64,000 nt of DNA, taken from positions 331,132 to 395,131 of the forward strand of contig NC_057748.1 in assembly GCF_004010195.1 (NCBI RefSeq), read 5' to 3'. The translations under genes were made by a program, and so were the position numbers. The DNA comes from Chiloscyllium plagiosum (lineage: Eukaryota). Shown piece by piece: positions 12,601-24,600 of the stretch; position 1 is the stretch's first letter; every line of letters begins with the position of its first letter. The notes under the pieces were generated by a model. The model was not told the DNA's origin. It saw only the letters and a list, made by a program, of their open reading frames with translations, and did no database searches.

Positions 12601-15600
12601 ACACATTTAGTCAGTTCCTATCGATAGGAGACAAGTGGATCCTTAGTTTGTATCCAACAAGTGTACAAATGAAACAAGTGTACAAATTAAATACAATTAA
12701 TATAGTCTGACAGGATGAGGTGCGAAAGAGGAGATTAAACAAAAAAAATGATGACACAAAAAACAAAAGTTATGTCCGGAAGTATAAATGTGAAAAACTG
12801 AATCATTATCAATAATTGCTTTCCAAAAGCAACAACAATAAAAGGGAGAGGCTGCAGTGTCTGCAGTAAATAGAGTAAACCACAAACTGTCACAGTTTCA
12901 CTTTGAACAGGGAATGGTTCTGGCCTTGGCTGGTGAGATGGGAGGAAGTGAAAGGGCAAGTGGCTTACAGCAGCAGTGAGGAGAAAGTGAGGTCTGCAGA
13001 TGCTGGAGATCAGAGCTGAAAATGTGTTGCTGGAAAAGAGGGGCATTGGAAATGCGATAGGTGGAAAGAGGTCAAGGTGAGGGTGATAGGTCAGTCTGGG
13101 GTGGGGGCGGAGAAGTCAGGAAGAAGATTGCAGGTTAGGAAGGCGGTGCTGAGTTCGATGGATTTGACTGAGACAAGGTGGGGGGAGGGAAAATGAGGAA
13201 ACTGGTGAAATCCGAGTTCATCCCTTGTGGTTGGAGGGTTCCCAGGCAGTAGTGCAGTAGTGACCCCACCCCTGGACCTGGAGGCTGGGGTTCATGTCCC
13301 ACATGCTCCACAGGTGTGTAATAACATCGCCAAACGGGTTGATCAGAAAAATAGATCAACCAATTCTTGCACAGAAGGGGAGGGGTGGTTGGGTGTGAGA
13401 TTGGGGGAAACCCAGCTGAAAGGGGAGGTGGGAGGAGAATGTTATTGTTGTTGAATCTCCCCGAAGACCATGGGAATGGCAGAGAGTGAGGTGTTAATTA
13501 CAGAGACTGGGAGGTGAGGGTGCACCCTTTTCTGCATCTGACCCTGTGAGGGAGGGCACCGAGTGAGATTGGGATCGGGTCCCCAGCTGAAGGGTCACGT
13601 TTAGGGCCATGAATTACAACCTCTGTGTGGGGCAGGTGAAACCAATTCCAAGTTAATGCTCACAGGATCCCTGTTCCTAACTCACCGAATCATCCAATCA
13701 AAGCTGGAAGATACAGAGGGATTGTGCAGCTCCATCAGTGAGGTATTCACCATAACTTTGAGTAGAATTTTATTAAAGAGGAATCTCTTTCTCAGGGTGC
13801 AGTGGAACCCGCAGTCGGGAATATTTTCCAGGCTAAGTGAGAAAGACTTTCTGACCAATAACAGAGTGAAAGGTCAGAGGGTGCAGCTGGATTGTGGAGT
13901 TAGGGTCATAACCAGATCAGCCATGATCTTACTGAAAGGTGGATCTCCCAGGCTCGAAGGGCTGTGTTGCTGTGATCTGACTGGATGGAAGAAGACAGAG
14001 GGTAGTAGTTGATGGCAAAGTTTCTTCATGGAGTGCCGTCACTAGCGGTGTTCCGCAAGGATCTGTTTTGGGACCATTGCTGTTTGTCATTTTTATAAAT
14101 GACCTGGAAGAGGGGTTAGAAGGTTGGGTGAGCAAGTTTGCGGATGATATGAAAGTCGGAGGAGTTGTTGACAGTGAGGAAGGATGTGGCAGGTTACAGC
14201 AGGATATAGAGAAGCTGCAGAGCTGGGCAGAAAGGTGGCAAATGGAATTCAATGTAGCTAAATGTGAGGTGATTCACTTTGGGAAGAATAACAAAAAGAT
14301 GGGGTACTGGGCTAATGGTCGGATACTTGGTAGTGTGGATGAGCAGAGGGATCTTGGTGTCCATGTACACAGATCTCTGAAAGTTGCCACCCAGGTAAAT
14401 AGTGCGGTGAGGAAGGCATATGGCGTACTGGCTTTTATTGGTAGAGGAATTGAGTTCCGGAGTACTGAGGTAATCTTGCAGTTGTATAAGACTCTGGTGC
14501 GTCCGCATCTGGAATATTGTGTGCAGTTTAGGTCGCCATACTATAGGAAGGATGTGGAGGCACTGGAACGGGTGCAGAGGAGGTTTACCAGGATGTTGCC
14601 TGGTATGGAAGGAAAATCGTATGAGGAAAGACTGAGGCACCTGGGGCTGTTTTCACTAGAGAAAAGAAGGTTTAGGGGTGACTTGATTGAGGTGTACAAG
14701 ATGATTAGGGGGTTAGATAGGGTCAACAGTATGAACCTTTTCCCGCGTATGGAGTCAGCTATTACAAGGGGGCATAGCTTTAAATTAAGAGGGGGNNNNN
14801 NNNNNNNNNNNNNNNNNNNNNNNNNNNNNNNNNNNNNNNNNNNNNNNNNNNNNNNNNNNNNNNNNNNNNNNNNNNNNNNNNNNNNNNNNNNNNNNNNNNN
14901 NNNNNNNNNNNNNNNNNNNNNNNNNNNNNNNNNNNNNNNNNNNNNNNNNNNNNNNNNNNNNNNNNNNNNNNNNNNNNNNNNNNNNNNNNNNNNNNNNNNN
15001 NNNNNNNNNNNNNNNNNNNNNNNNNNNNNNNNNNNNNNNNNNNNNNNNNNNNNNNNNNNNNNNNNNNNNNNNNNNNNNNNNNNNNNNNNNNNNNNNNNNN
15101 NNNNNNNNNNNNNNNNNNNNNNNNNNNNNNNNNNNNNNNNNNNNNNNNNNNNNNNNNNNNNNNNNNNNNNNNNNNNNNNNNNNNNNNNNNNNNNNNNNNN
15201 NNNNNNNNNNNNNNNNNNNNNNNNNNNNNNNNNNNNNNNNNNNNNNNNNNNNNNNNNNNNNNNNNNNNNNNNNNNNNNNNNAGAGAGAGTCAAACAGAGA
15301 CAGAGAGAGAGAGTCAGACAGAGCCACACAGACAGAGATAGACAGACAGACAGCGAGAGAGACAAACAGACAGCGAGAGAGAGTCAGACAGAGACAGAGA
15401 GCGANNNNNNNNNNNNNNNNNNNNNNNNNNNNNNNNNNNNNNNNNNNNNNNNNNNNNNNNNNNNNNNNNNNNNNNNNNNNNNNNNNNNNNNNNNNNNNNN
15501 NNNNNNNNNNNNNNNNNNNNNNNNNNNNNNNNNNNNNNNNNNNNNNNNNNNNNNNNNNNNNNNNNNNNNNNNNNNNNNATAAAAATACAAAGAGAGAAAG

Positions 15601-18600
15601 GTGAGAAAGACTGACAAACAATTCAAGAGTCAGAGAGGGAGAGAGGGATATGCTGATTGGTCACTGAGTGACTCAGACACTCTGGGACTAAGATCACTCT
15701 GGGTTCCCTCCCAGTGCTATCCCTCTCCAGATTCATGGACAGGTGTCAGTGAGTGATATCCTGGATTTTGAACACAAGCCTCACTGTCTCAAATGAAAGG
15801 AAAGGTTTAACCATTCCTTGCCATCTCTTTAATTTCATAAATTAATTTCTAAATTTTTGAATCTTAAAATTTTGAACAGCTTAGAGTGGTCCAGTGATGG
15901 ATTTCATTTTTTTCACAACACATGATGTTTTAATACAAATTCTGCTGTTAAATGTCCATTTAATCGAAGTTAAGAAGTTACTATTTTATGCTGAGTAATT
16001 CTGATATAAAAATCTATATTTTAAGCTATAGCTTAAGCCATTGTTTGAAGGAACTCATTATCACTCCTCTGAAACATTGCGATTCCACCTTTGTTATTTA
16101 GTTCTGTCGCTCTCTGACCTTTCCCCACTTTCTGAGCTCTCTTGGTCCTTGTTGTTTCTCTGAGTTCCAAGCAAGTTCTCAGATTCTCTGTCCCATTCTC
16201 ATCCAGTTCCTCCACATCCACTTCCAGGATATCTGTGAACAGCAGCATTAGGTCAGGAAAGAGGGACAGACACAACAACCAAACTGAAACGCAGTTGAGG
16301 GATAGTGAGAGAAGAATAATATTTCTGACCATTTCCTCTGTTTAGAATGTTCCTGCTATTCCTACACAGTTCCTCACATCCCAAGATAAAATCTGTCCCC
16401 ACAATCAAGCAAAAGATACTTTCCAATCACCCTGTTCAGGATGTCATTAAACAGCCCTGGAGCAGGTGGGACTTGAATCCAGTCCTCCTGATCCAGAGGC
16501 TGTGACACTGCAGCACAATAACCCTAGAATCCAAGGGTAAGCTTGAGGGTGGTTGCGAATTGAGAACTCACTGCCTGGTTCATACCTTATTTTGGTGGTA
16601 ACGGTTGAGTGGGGGATATGCAGGGCCATGAGGTTGCAGATTGTGCTGGAGTACAGTTCTGCTGGTGTTGATGGCCCACAGTACCTCATCGATGTCCAGT
16701 CTTGAGCTGCCAGATCTGTTCAAAGCCTGTCCCATTTAGCACGGTGATAGTGCCACACAACATGATGGACGGTATTCTCAATATGAAGGCAGACTTTCGT
16801 CTCCACAAGGACCGTGCGGTGATCACTCTCACCAACACGGTCATGGACAGATGGATCTGCAGATTGGCATGGATGAGGTCAGGTATGGTTTTCCCTCTTG
16901 TTGGTTCCTTTATCACCCACTCCAGACCAGGTCTCACAGCCATGTCCTTAGAATCTGACCAGCTCAATCAGCTGCCCTGCTTCTGAGCCAGTCTTGGAGG
17001 TGGACATTGAAATCCCTCACCCAAGGTGAATTTGTGGCCTTGCCACCCTCAGTGCTTCCTGCAAGTGTTCTTCAACATGGAGGAGCACAGAGCATCAGCA
17101 GGAGGTTTCCTTGCCCATGTTTGACCTGAGGCCCAGGGCAGCTCCCTCCTGAGTGTATCCCATGGTGCCTCCAGCTCTGCTGGGTCTGTCCTGCTGATGG
17201 GACAGGATATATCCTGGGATGGTGATGGTGGGATCTGGGACAGTCATACTCACAGAATTATACCTTAAAGGCTGTTGCTTGACTAGTCAGTGAGACAGTT
17301 CTCCCAGGTTTGGCACTACCTCACAGATGTTAGTGGAGAGGACTTTGCAGGGTAGGCTGGGCTGTTTCTGCTCGTGTTGTTTCTGATGCCTCAGTTGATG
17401 CCAGGTTGTCTGTCTGGGTTTTTCTTTTATTTAGACTTTGTAATGGACGATATTAACAGTAGTGCTTGCTCGGCATTTCAGAGGCAATTAAAACTCACGG
17501 ATAGCTCAGTGGTTAACACTACTGCCTCACAACGCCAGGGTCCCAGATTCGATTCCAGTCTCAGGCAACTGTCTGTGTGGAGTTTGCACATTCTCCCTGT
17601 GTCTGCGATGGTTTCCTCTGGGTGCTCCGATTTCCTCCCACAATCCAAAGATGTACAGGTCAAGTGAATTGGTCATGTTAAATTGCCTATAGTGTCAAGT
17701 GCATGAGTCAGGGGTAAATATAGGGTAGAGGAATGGGTCTGGGTGAGTTATTCTTCAGAGGGGGTTGGTGTGGACTTTTTGGGCTGAAGGGCCTGTTTCC
17801 ACACTGTAGGGAATCTAATCATCTACATCGGTTTGAGTCTGGCGTTAGACCAGGTAAGGTCTCCGATTGTCAATGACATTAATGAATCTATTATGGTACC
17901 AGCTGATGGTAAGACTGAGTAAGTCAAACCTCAGAGTGAAATCTGGCTTAATAGAGCTTATTTTTATTTTTGCTATTTGTTCACTGTGGAAGTCAGTCAC
18001 TGAACATATTCACAAGAGACTATCAATGTACTTTTAACAAAAGAAAAAAGAAATGTTTATTACACAAAACAAAAACACAAGCTATATTACACTATACAAG
18101 AATGATTTGAAATGGTCTTATTACAAATATCAGAAAGAAAAATTCAGTCTGTTTACCACAACAATAACCTCAATATAAATACTCAAACCTCAGTAAAGCA
18201 TCATCTGTCTTTACTCACTCAGCTGCCTTGATGATATTGGATTCTATTCAGCAAATGTTTGTCCTCACCTGATGCTTCTTCTTTACTCAATGTTTCATCC
18301 TGAGACCTTAAACAAGCTGATAACTCAACTGACTTAGTACTTCAGAGGAATTCCTTACTCTCATGTCGTTACCTGCTTTGTAGGATCTCTTCCACTCTGA
18401 CACCTCCCAAGCCTAAGTTACTGAAGGCTGTGCCCCCCATACCCATCCCCCCCCTGCAGCCCTGACTATTTGGACTTCTAATAACAACACCTCTGCTTTT
18501 AAAGGACCTCTTCTCTCTGAATGAACCTGTTTCTGGGAGACCCCCACTCCTGGTAAAACTCAGATCAACAGATAACTGAGCAATTAGCTCTCCAGATAAC

Positions 18601-21600
18601 TTACTCATTTATCTGAAGTCACCGTGATTTCCTGGAAACACTTTTTTAAAAATAAATTTCAAAATAACTTTATGAGCTTTCAGAAAGTCTAAATTTCACA
18701 GATCTGAAGCTAAAATGCATTTTTCTTCCCTTTGGAGCCCAAGTTCCCAATAACAACAATGTGTTTTAAACATTCAACACAAACCAAATGGGTTTTTACA
18801 AGGTCACTCAACCTGAAATATTAACTCTGATTTCTCTCTCCACAGATGCTGCCAGACCTGTTGAGCTTTTCCAACAACTTCTGTTTTTGCTTTGGTCACC
18901 ATAGACTCATTTTGTAACTCCTAATTTTATTAATACTCATTTCACCAGCTATACATGGAATTTGGATCCATGTCCCCAGGAACTCTGGATTATATTATTA
19001 CCATCATCTCCCCTCATTTGTCTCGTCTCTGTGACCCAACTGCACCGTCTTCCTCCTCCTTTACCTTTTCCCAGATCCCACGTTTGTTCCCTGTTGATTT
19101 TAGCCACTTCGCAAATGTCTCTGTCAATAAACGAGCCATCCCCATTGTCGAGGGACTCTAACTGCAGATGGGAGATGGCAACTTCCTCCGCTGGAATCTT
19201 GCAGGAGAGATCTTCATGAGGAAGGTTTGAGGCAGAGAAAAGGAGAGTGTTAGAGAGATACACAGTCACCAGCAATCCCCACCCCCTTTCTCTCACTCCT
19301 TCTGTCTGTTAATCACACAGTCAGCTGCTCAGGACTAACCAAAAACAGCCAGCAATCTGATTTTAAAGCCCTCAGTTCCCTGGTCTCAGTTTTCCAGACA
19401 AATCATTCCAGTAGCTATGATTTACAACATGTGCTTCACCCCCTGACTCTCCCCTAATTAAGCCCTTCCTCCTTTACTTCACTTCAGGAAGTAACCTTCC
19501 TTCCCCATCAAATCCTACTGCTCGATCCATTTCCCTAACACTCCCAATGAAGCCTAGAAGTAACCAACAGATTTATCTTATATCCTGAGCGATCTGAGAT
19601 CATTTGGGAATGTGGGGTCCTCTACCTGAACACAGCATTCCACAATCAGGGAAATGCCTGTAGGAGGTTGGGGCAGGTACCTGACAGCAGATTGATGCTG
19701 TGCGTTTTGAACAATGAGACCTGCTCCTCGGCTTTCCGGGGCTGCCTGGGCTTCACCTTCGCGTCTGGATTTGCCTGCACCATCAGGATGTCCTGCCGTT
19801 TCCGTCTCTGCTTCTGTTTGAGAAGATTCCACTGGGAGAAAAATAAACAATTTATCCCGCACTCCAGAAGCAAATACTCTCAAATCTCACTAACCTCCTA
19901 CCATACAGGATAAAGATCACTCTGCACTTTCCCCCCTCGAACAGTCCCAGGACAGGGACAGCACAGGGTTAGATACAGAGTAAAGCTCCCTCTACACTGT
20001 TCCCATCAAATACTCCCAGCACAGAGACAGCATGGGGTTAGATACAGAATAAAGCTCTCTCTACACCGTTCCCATCAAACACTCCCAGGGACAGGGACAG
20101 CATGGGGTTAAATACAGAGTAAAGCTCCCTCTACACTGACCCCCATCAAACACTCCCCAGACAGGGACTGCACGGGGTTAGATACAGAGTAAAGCTCTCT
20201 CTACACTGTTCCCATCAAACACTCCCAGGACAGGGACTGCACGGGGTTAGATACAGAGTAAAACACCCTCTACACTGTCCCATCAAACACTCCCAGGACA
20301 GAGACAGCACAGGGTTAGATACAGAGTAAAGCTCCCTCTACACTGTCCCATCAAACACTCCCAGGACAGAGACAGCACAGGATTAGATACAGAGTAAAGC
20401 TCCCTCTACACTGACCCCCATCAAACACTCCCAGGACAGGAACAGCACAGGGTTAGATACAGAGCAAAGCTCCCTTTACACTGTCCCCATCAAACACCCC
20501 CTAGAAAGGGACGAGGTTAGATAGAGTGTAAAGTTCCTTTTGCAATTTTGTACATTGACCTTAATCCCCCATGTACTGCAGCCACCATCTGAAGAGCTGT
20601 GGAGCTGGTGAGTAAATATTAAAGGTCTCAGTGAGGGGTAGCTGGGACACTCAGATGCCACCAGGCTCCTACCTGATTGTCAAGTTTCTGACGGCGCAGG
20701 CTCTGACCATCTTCATCCATCACACTGCAGGTTGGCACAGAGACACGGGCTGTTATTGGACATGCAGAGACTCCCAGCTAGCTCAGCAAGCAGCTCGAGG
20801 GGGTGAGGGGGACACACCCCACTCCACCCCCACCCACTCCACCCTCACACCCCTCCCTCCCTACCTCTTCACCCTCACCCCCACCCCCCCTCCACACCCC
20901 CCACCCGCCCCTGCCATTGTCAGTCCCAGCCGGTGCCCCAAGCTCCAGCGAAAAGGGAGGGTGATACGTTACCTCCCTGGGAGTGTTGTGGAATACACGG
21001 AAGAATTGTCAATCCTGGGACCCAGAGGGAGAAAGAATACAGTTAGTTAATATGCCATAAATATTCTGTCAATAATTGTTCTGGGTATACAATGAATACT
21101 GATGGACAATTAAACAGATCAAGTGAGAGGGTATAAAAATCCTGTGAGTGGAGTATAACATGGGAGTGACAGGAGCAGCAGATACATGGCAACACCAGTC
21201 CCTGCAAATTTCCCTCCAAGCCACTTGCCATATGGACTGCAGTGGTTCAAGAAGGCAGCTCATTCCCACCTTCTCAAGGGGGCAACTAGGGACAGGGCAA
21301 TAAATGCTGGACCAGCCAGGGATACCCACATCCCACAAATGAACAAAGAAAAACACCCACCGCTCATTCAAACTCTTGGCCAGATTGCTACCATTACATT
21401 GCTTCCTGTATCGGAGGGTTACCATAGTTACTGCCACATTAGCTTGTACAAAAACCAATGGAAACTAAGAGTATGCCAATAAGAACTTGCATTTAGATGG
21501 AACCTACACACAGTAAATGTCCTGAAGCCCTTCCACTGGAGTTTAAATCAACAAGAAAATCTGCCTCTGAGCAATGTTCCAGATGGGGAAGGTGGCTGAA

Positions 21601-24600
21601 ATCTTGATGATGGGTTTTAAGGAGCGTATTACAGGAGTAGAATGGGGAAGAGGGGAGGTGCAGGGGGGGGGGGGGGGGGGGGAGCAGTGGGAAGGTTTTA
21701 GGGAGGGAATTCCAGAACCTAAAGCTGAAATTGCTACAGGAAGGATATGCCATGGTGAATAATTAAACTCCAGGCTGGTGAAGGGCCAAAGGCTCAGAGA
21801 TGGTTCCAGGCTTAGGAACATGGAGGAGTTAGAAACAGAGAGGAGAGAATTGGCTAAGAGCTGATGTTAGTGAGCACGGGAGTGACAGGTGAGGAGGGAT
21901 GAATTGGTCACAGGATTATAGATAAACTGAAATTTCAGGAGGGTGAAAAATATTGTGTTGGTCAGGACAGTGTGGGAATAGTCAAGTGTGGAGGCATTAA
22001 TGACAATGGATGAGGGTTATAGCAGTCATTGAGCTGAGGCAGGGTAGAGACATAAGATTTTGCAAATGCAGTCTTCCTGAGAGAGATTGTACACAATTGA
22101 CAGATTAGCTCACAGTGAAATACAGCAATCGGCATTCAAATTGCCTGGCTCAGTCTCAGGCCATGACCATTAGACAGTAAGACCATAAAACATAGGCGCA
22201 GGAACAGACCATTCGGCCCACTGAGTCGATCAAGCATGGCAAAGCCATTTCAAAACCTATTCTCCCACCTTCTCCCTGTAATCCTTGATTCCTTTAACAA
22301 TCAAGCACCTATCTATCTCTGTCTCAAATACACTCAATGACTTGGCCTCCACAGCCCTCTGCAGTAATGGGTTTAACAGATTAACCACCTTCTGGTTGAA
22401 GAAATTCCTCCTCATCTCAGTTCTGAAGGAACATTCCTTCATTCTGAGGCTTTGCCCTCGGGGCTGAGTTTCTCCAACTTGTGGAAAGATCTTCTCCACA
22501 TCCACTCTATCAAGGAATCTCAGTATTCTGTAAGTTTCAGTCAGAACACTCCCTCATGCTTCTCAACTCCATCCAGTACAAACCCAGAATCCTCAAACAT
22601 TCCTCATAATACAAGCCCATTATTGTATTCCATCTGCCATGTCCTTGCCCACTCTGGAGGCCTGTCCCAGTCCTTTGCACTACCTGTCCCTCCACCTATC
22701 TTTGTGCCATCTGCAAATCCAGCAACAATACCCTCAGTTCCTTTATCCAGATCATCCTGTATGATGTGAATAGTTGTGATCCCAATGCAGACCCCTGTGG
22801 AACTTCAATAGTACTGGCTGCCATCCTGAGAAAGATTCATTTTTCACTACTCTCTGCTTTCTGCCAGTCAGTCAATCCTCTATCTATGCCAGGTTTTGTT
22901 TTAGATTCCTAAAAGATGAGAGAGATGTTCTTTTTTAAAACATAACTTCAATTATCTCTAAAGATAGAAAAATCTATTGATGGAATGCCAAAGAGCAGTT
23001 ATTCATTGGGCCAACACAACTGAACATTTACTCTTTGACAGCATTGTTATGGCCAACTGACATACTCAGGGGGGAAAGAAAAGCTTTCTATGAAACTGAC
23101 AAGTACAAATATTCAGATACTCTGTTGACAGAATGTGCCTTCATAGTATTTGGGTTTTGAAGAGACTGTCATCTTCTCACATTCCAATTATTCTTCTTTA
23201 TAATTATTGCTCACAGCTCAGGTAGTAATTCAGAGACTATTGCCTTATTGTTTTTGCTCTTTAATTTGGCTCCTAGCTGCTCCAATTCCCTCAGCAGAAC
23301 ATTGTTTCCCTTTCTACCTGTATCACTGGGACCTACATGGACCACAATGACTGGATCTTTCCCCTCCCACTCTGAGTTCCTCTGCAGTCCAGATGAGATA
23401 GAGTCGTAGAGTCATACAGTACAAAAACAGATCTTTCAGTGGAAATATCCTGAAGCCAGGCATTAGGCTGTCCATACCCTGGGGACTCTCGATCCTGGCC
23501 ACAGGGAACCCTGACTGTACTATCCACAATTACAACTACACTTCTCTTTTCTCCTCCCTCGCAAATGGCTACCTGTCCCACGGTGCTATGGTCAGTTTGT
23601 TCATCCTCCCTATATCCCCCACTCTCACACACAGGGGGCAAGAATCTCCAACCTGTTAGACATGCTGCAGGACTGAGGCTCCCTCAGCACTGCCTCCTGG
23701 ATCCCTCTACCTGCCTCACTCAGAGTCACACCCTCCTGTCCCTTCCCACTCACCCAATTTGGGATAGTTAGTCTAAGGGCATGGGACTGCCTCCTAAAAC
23801 ACAGCTTTCCAGGTAATTCTCCCTCTCCCTGATGTGTCTCATGGGCTCTGAGCTGGACTTTCTCAAACTACCTGAGCTGGAGAAGGGCTGGAGTCAGTCG
23901 CTGGCTAACAGGCTTAGTTTCAGGGACAAAGACAATGGTTTCAATCTCCCTGATATTTTCATTGGTGGCAATTTGTGACCCTGCAGCAGAGGATGGGGGA
24001 TACACAGTGAGAGTGATCAGAGGCAGTACCAGCACTAGGGCATTGGTGTGACAGTATGCTCAAGATGAGACAGAAAAAAAGCTGTGCTATTTTCCTATCA
24101 TTCTTTTAATAAAGAACAGGTGCTGGAGGAGCTCCCTGCACTCAATCATTGTTCTCAGTATGAGGATTGATGGGGTTTAGTTGTGGCTGGTCGATCAGAG
24201 CAGCTGCTGTAGACGCAGCAGCCTGTCCAGGGGAGAGGTAGCCAAGATGGACAATCTCTCTCTCTCTCTCTCTCTCTGTCAGGCTGATGGATTGGAGGAG
24301 GCAGCTGAAAGCAGATTAGACCTTACAGCAGCTGTCAGCTCTCAGGATCTTAGTCCCAAAGAAAAGCTGCTGCAAATACCAGCGCCGCCGGCCTCAAACT
24401 CTCAAAGGCCCTTTCAGTTGTCCTGTTTCACCCTCGCTGATGATTCACTGTAAACACCACTCCGCCAGTAACTAAACAGAAAACGCTAGACTAACTCAGC
24501 AAGTCTGGCAGCATCTGTGGTGCCATTAGCGCTGCAGCCTCACAGCTCCAGGGACGCGAGTTCGAGTCCACCCTCAGCCAGCTGCCTGGAGCTGGCACAT

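Noticed and set aside
14068-14795. Intact reverse transcriptase ORF as a possible host gene
   Set aside because: It is a 5'-truncated young CR1 copy in an intron, with many relatives in the window.
19905-20530. Regularly spaced repeats resembling a CRISPR array
   Set aside because: The units are contiguous with no unique spacers, they lie in a vertebrate intron, and there are no cas genes.
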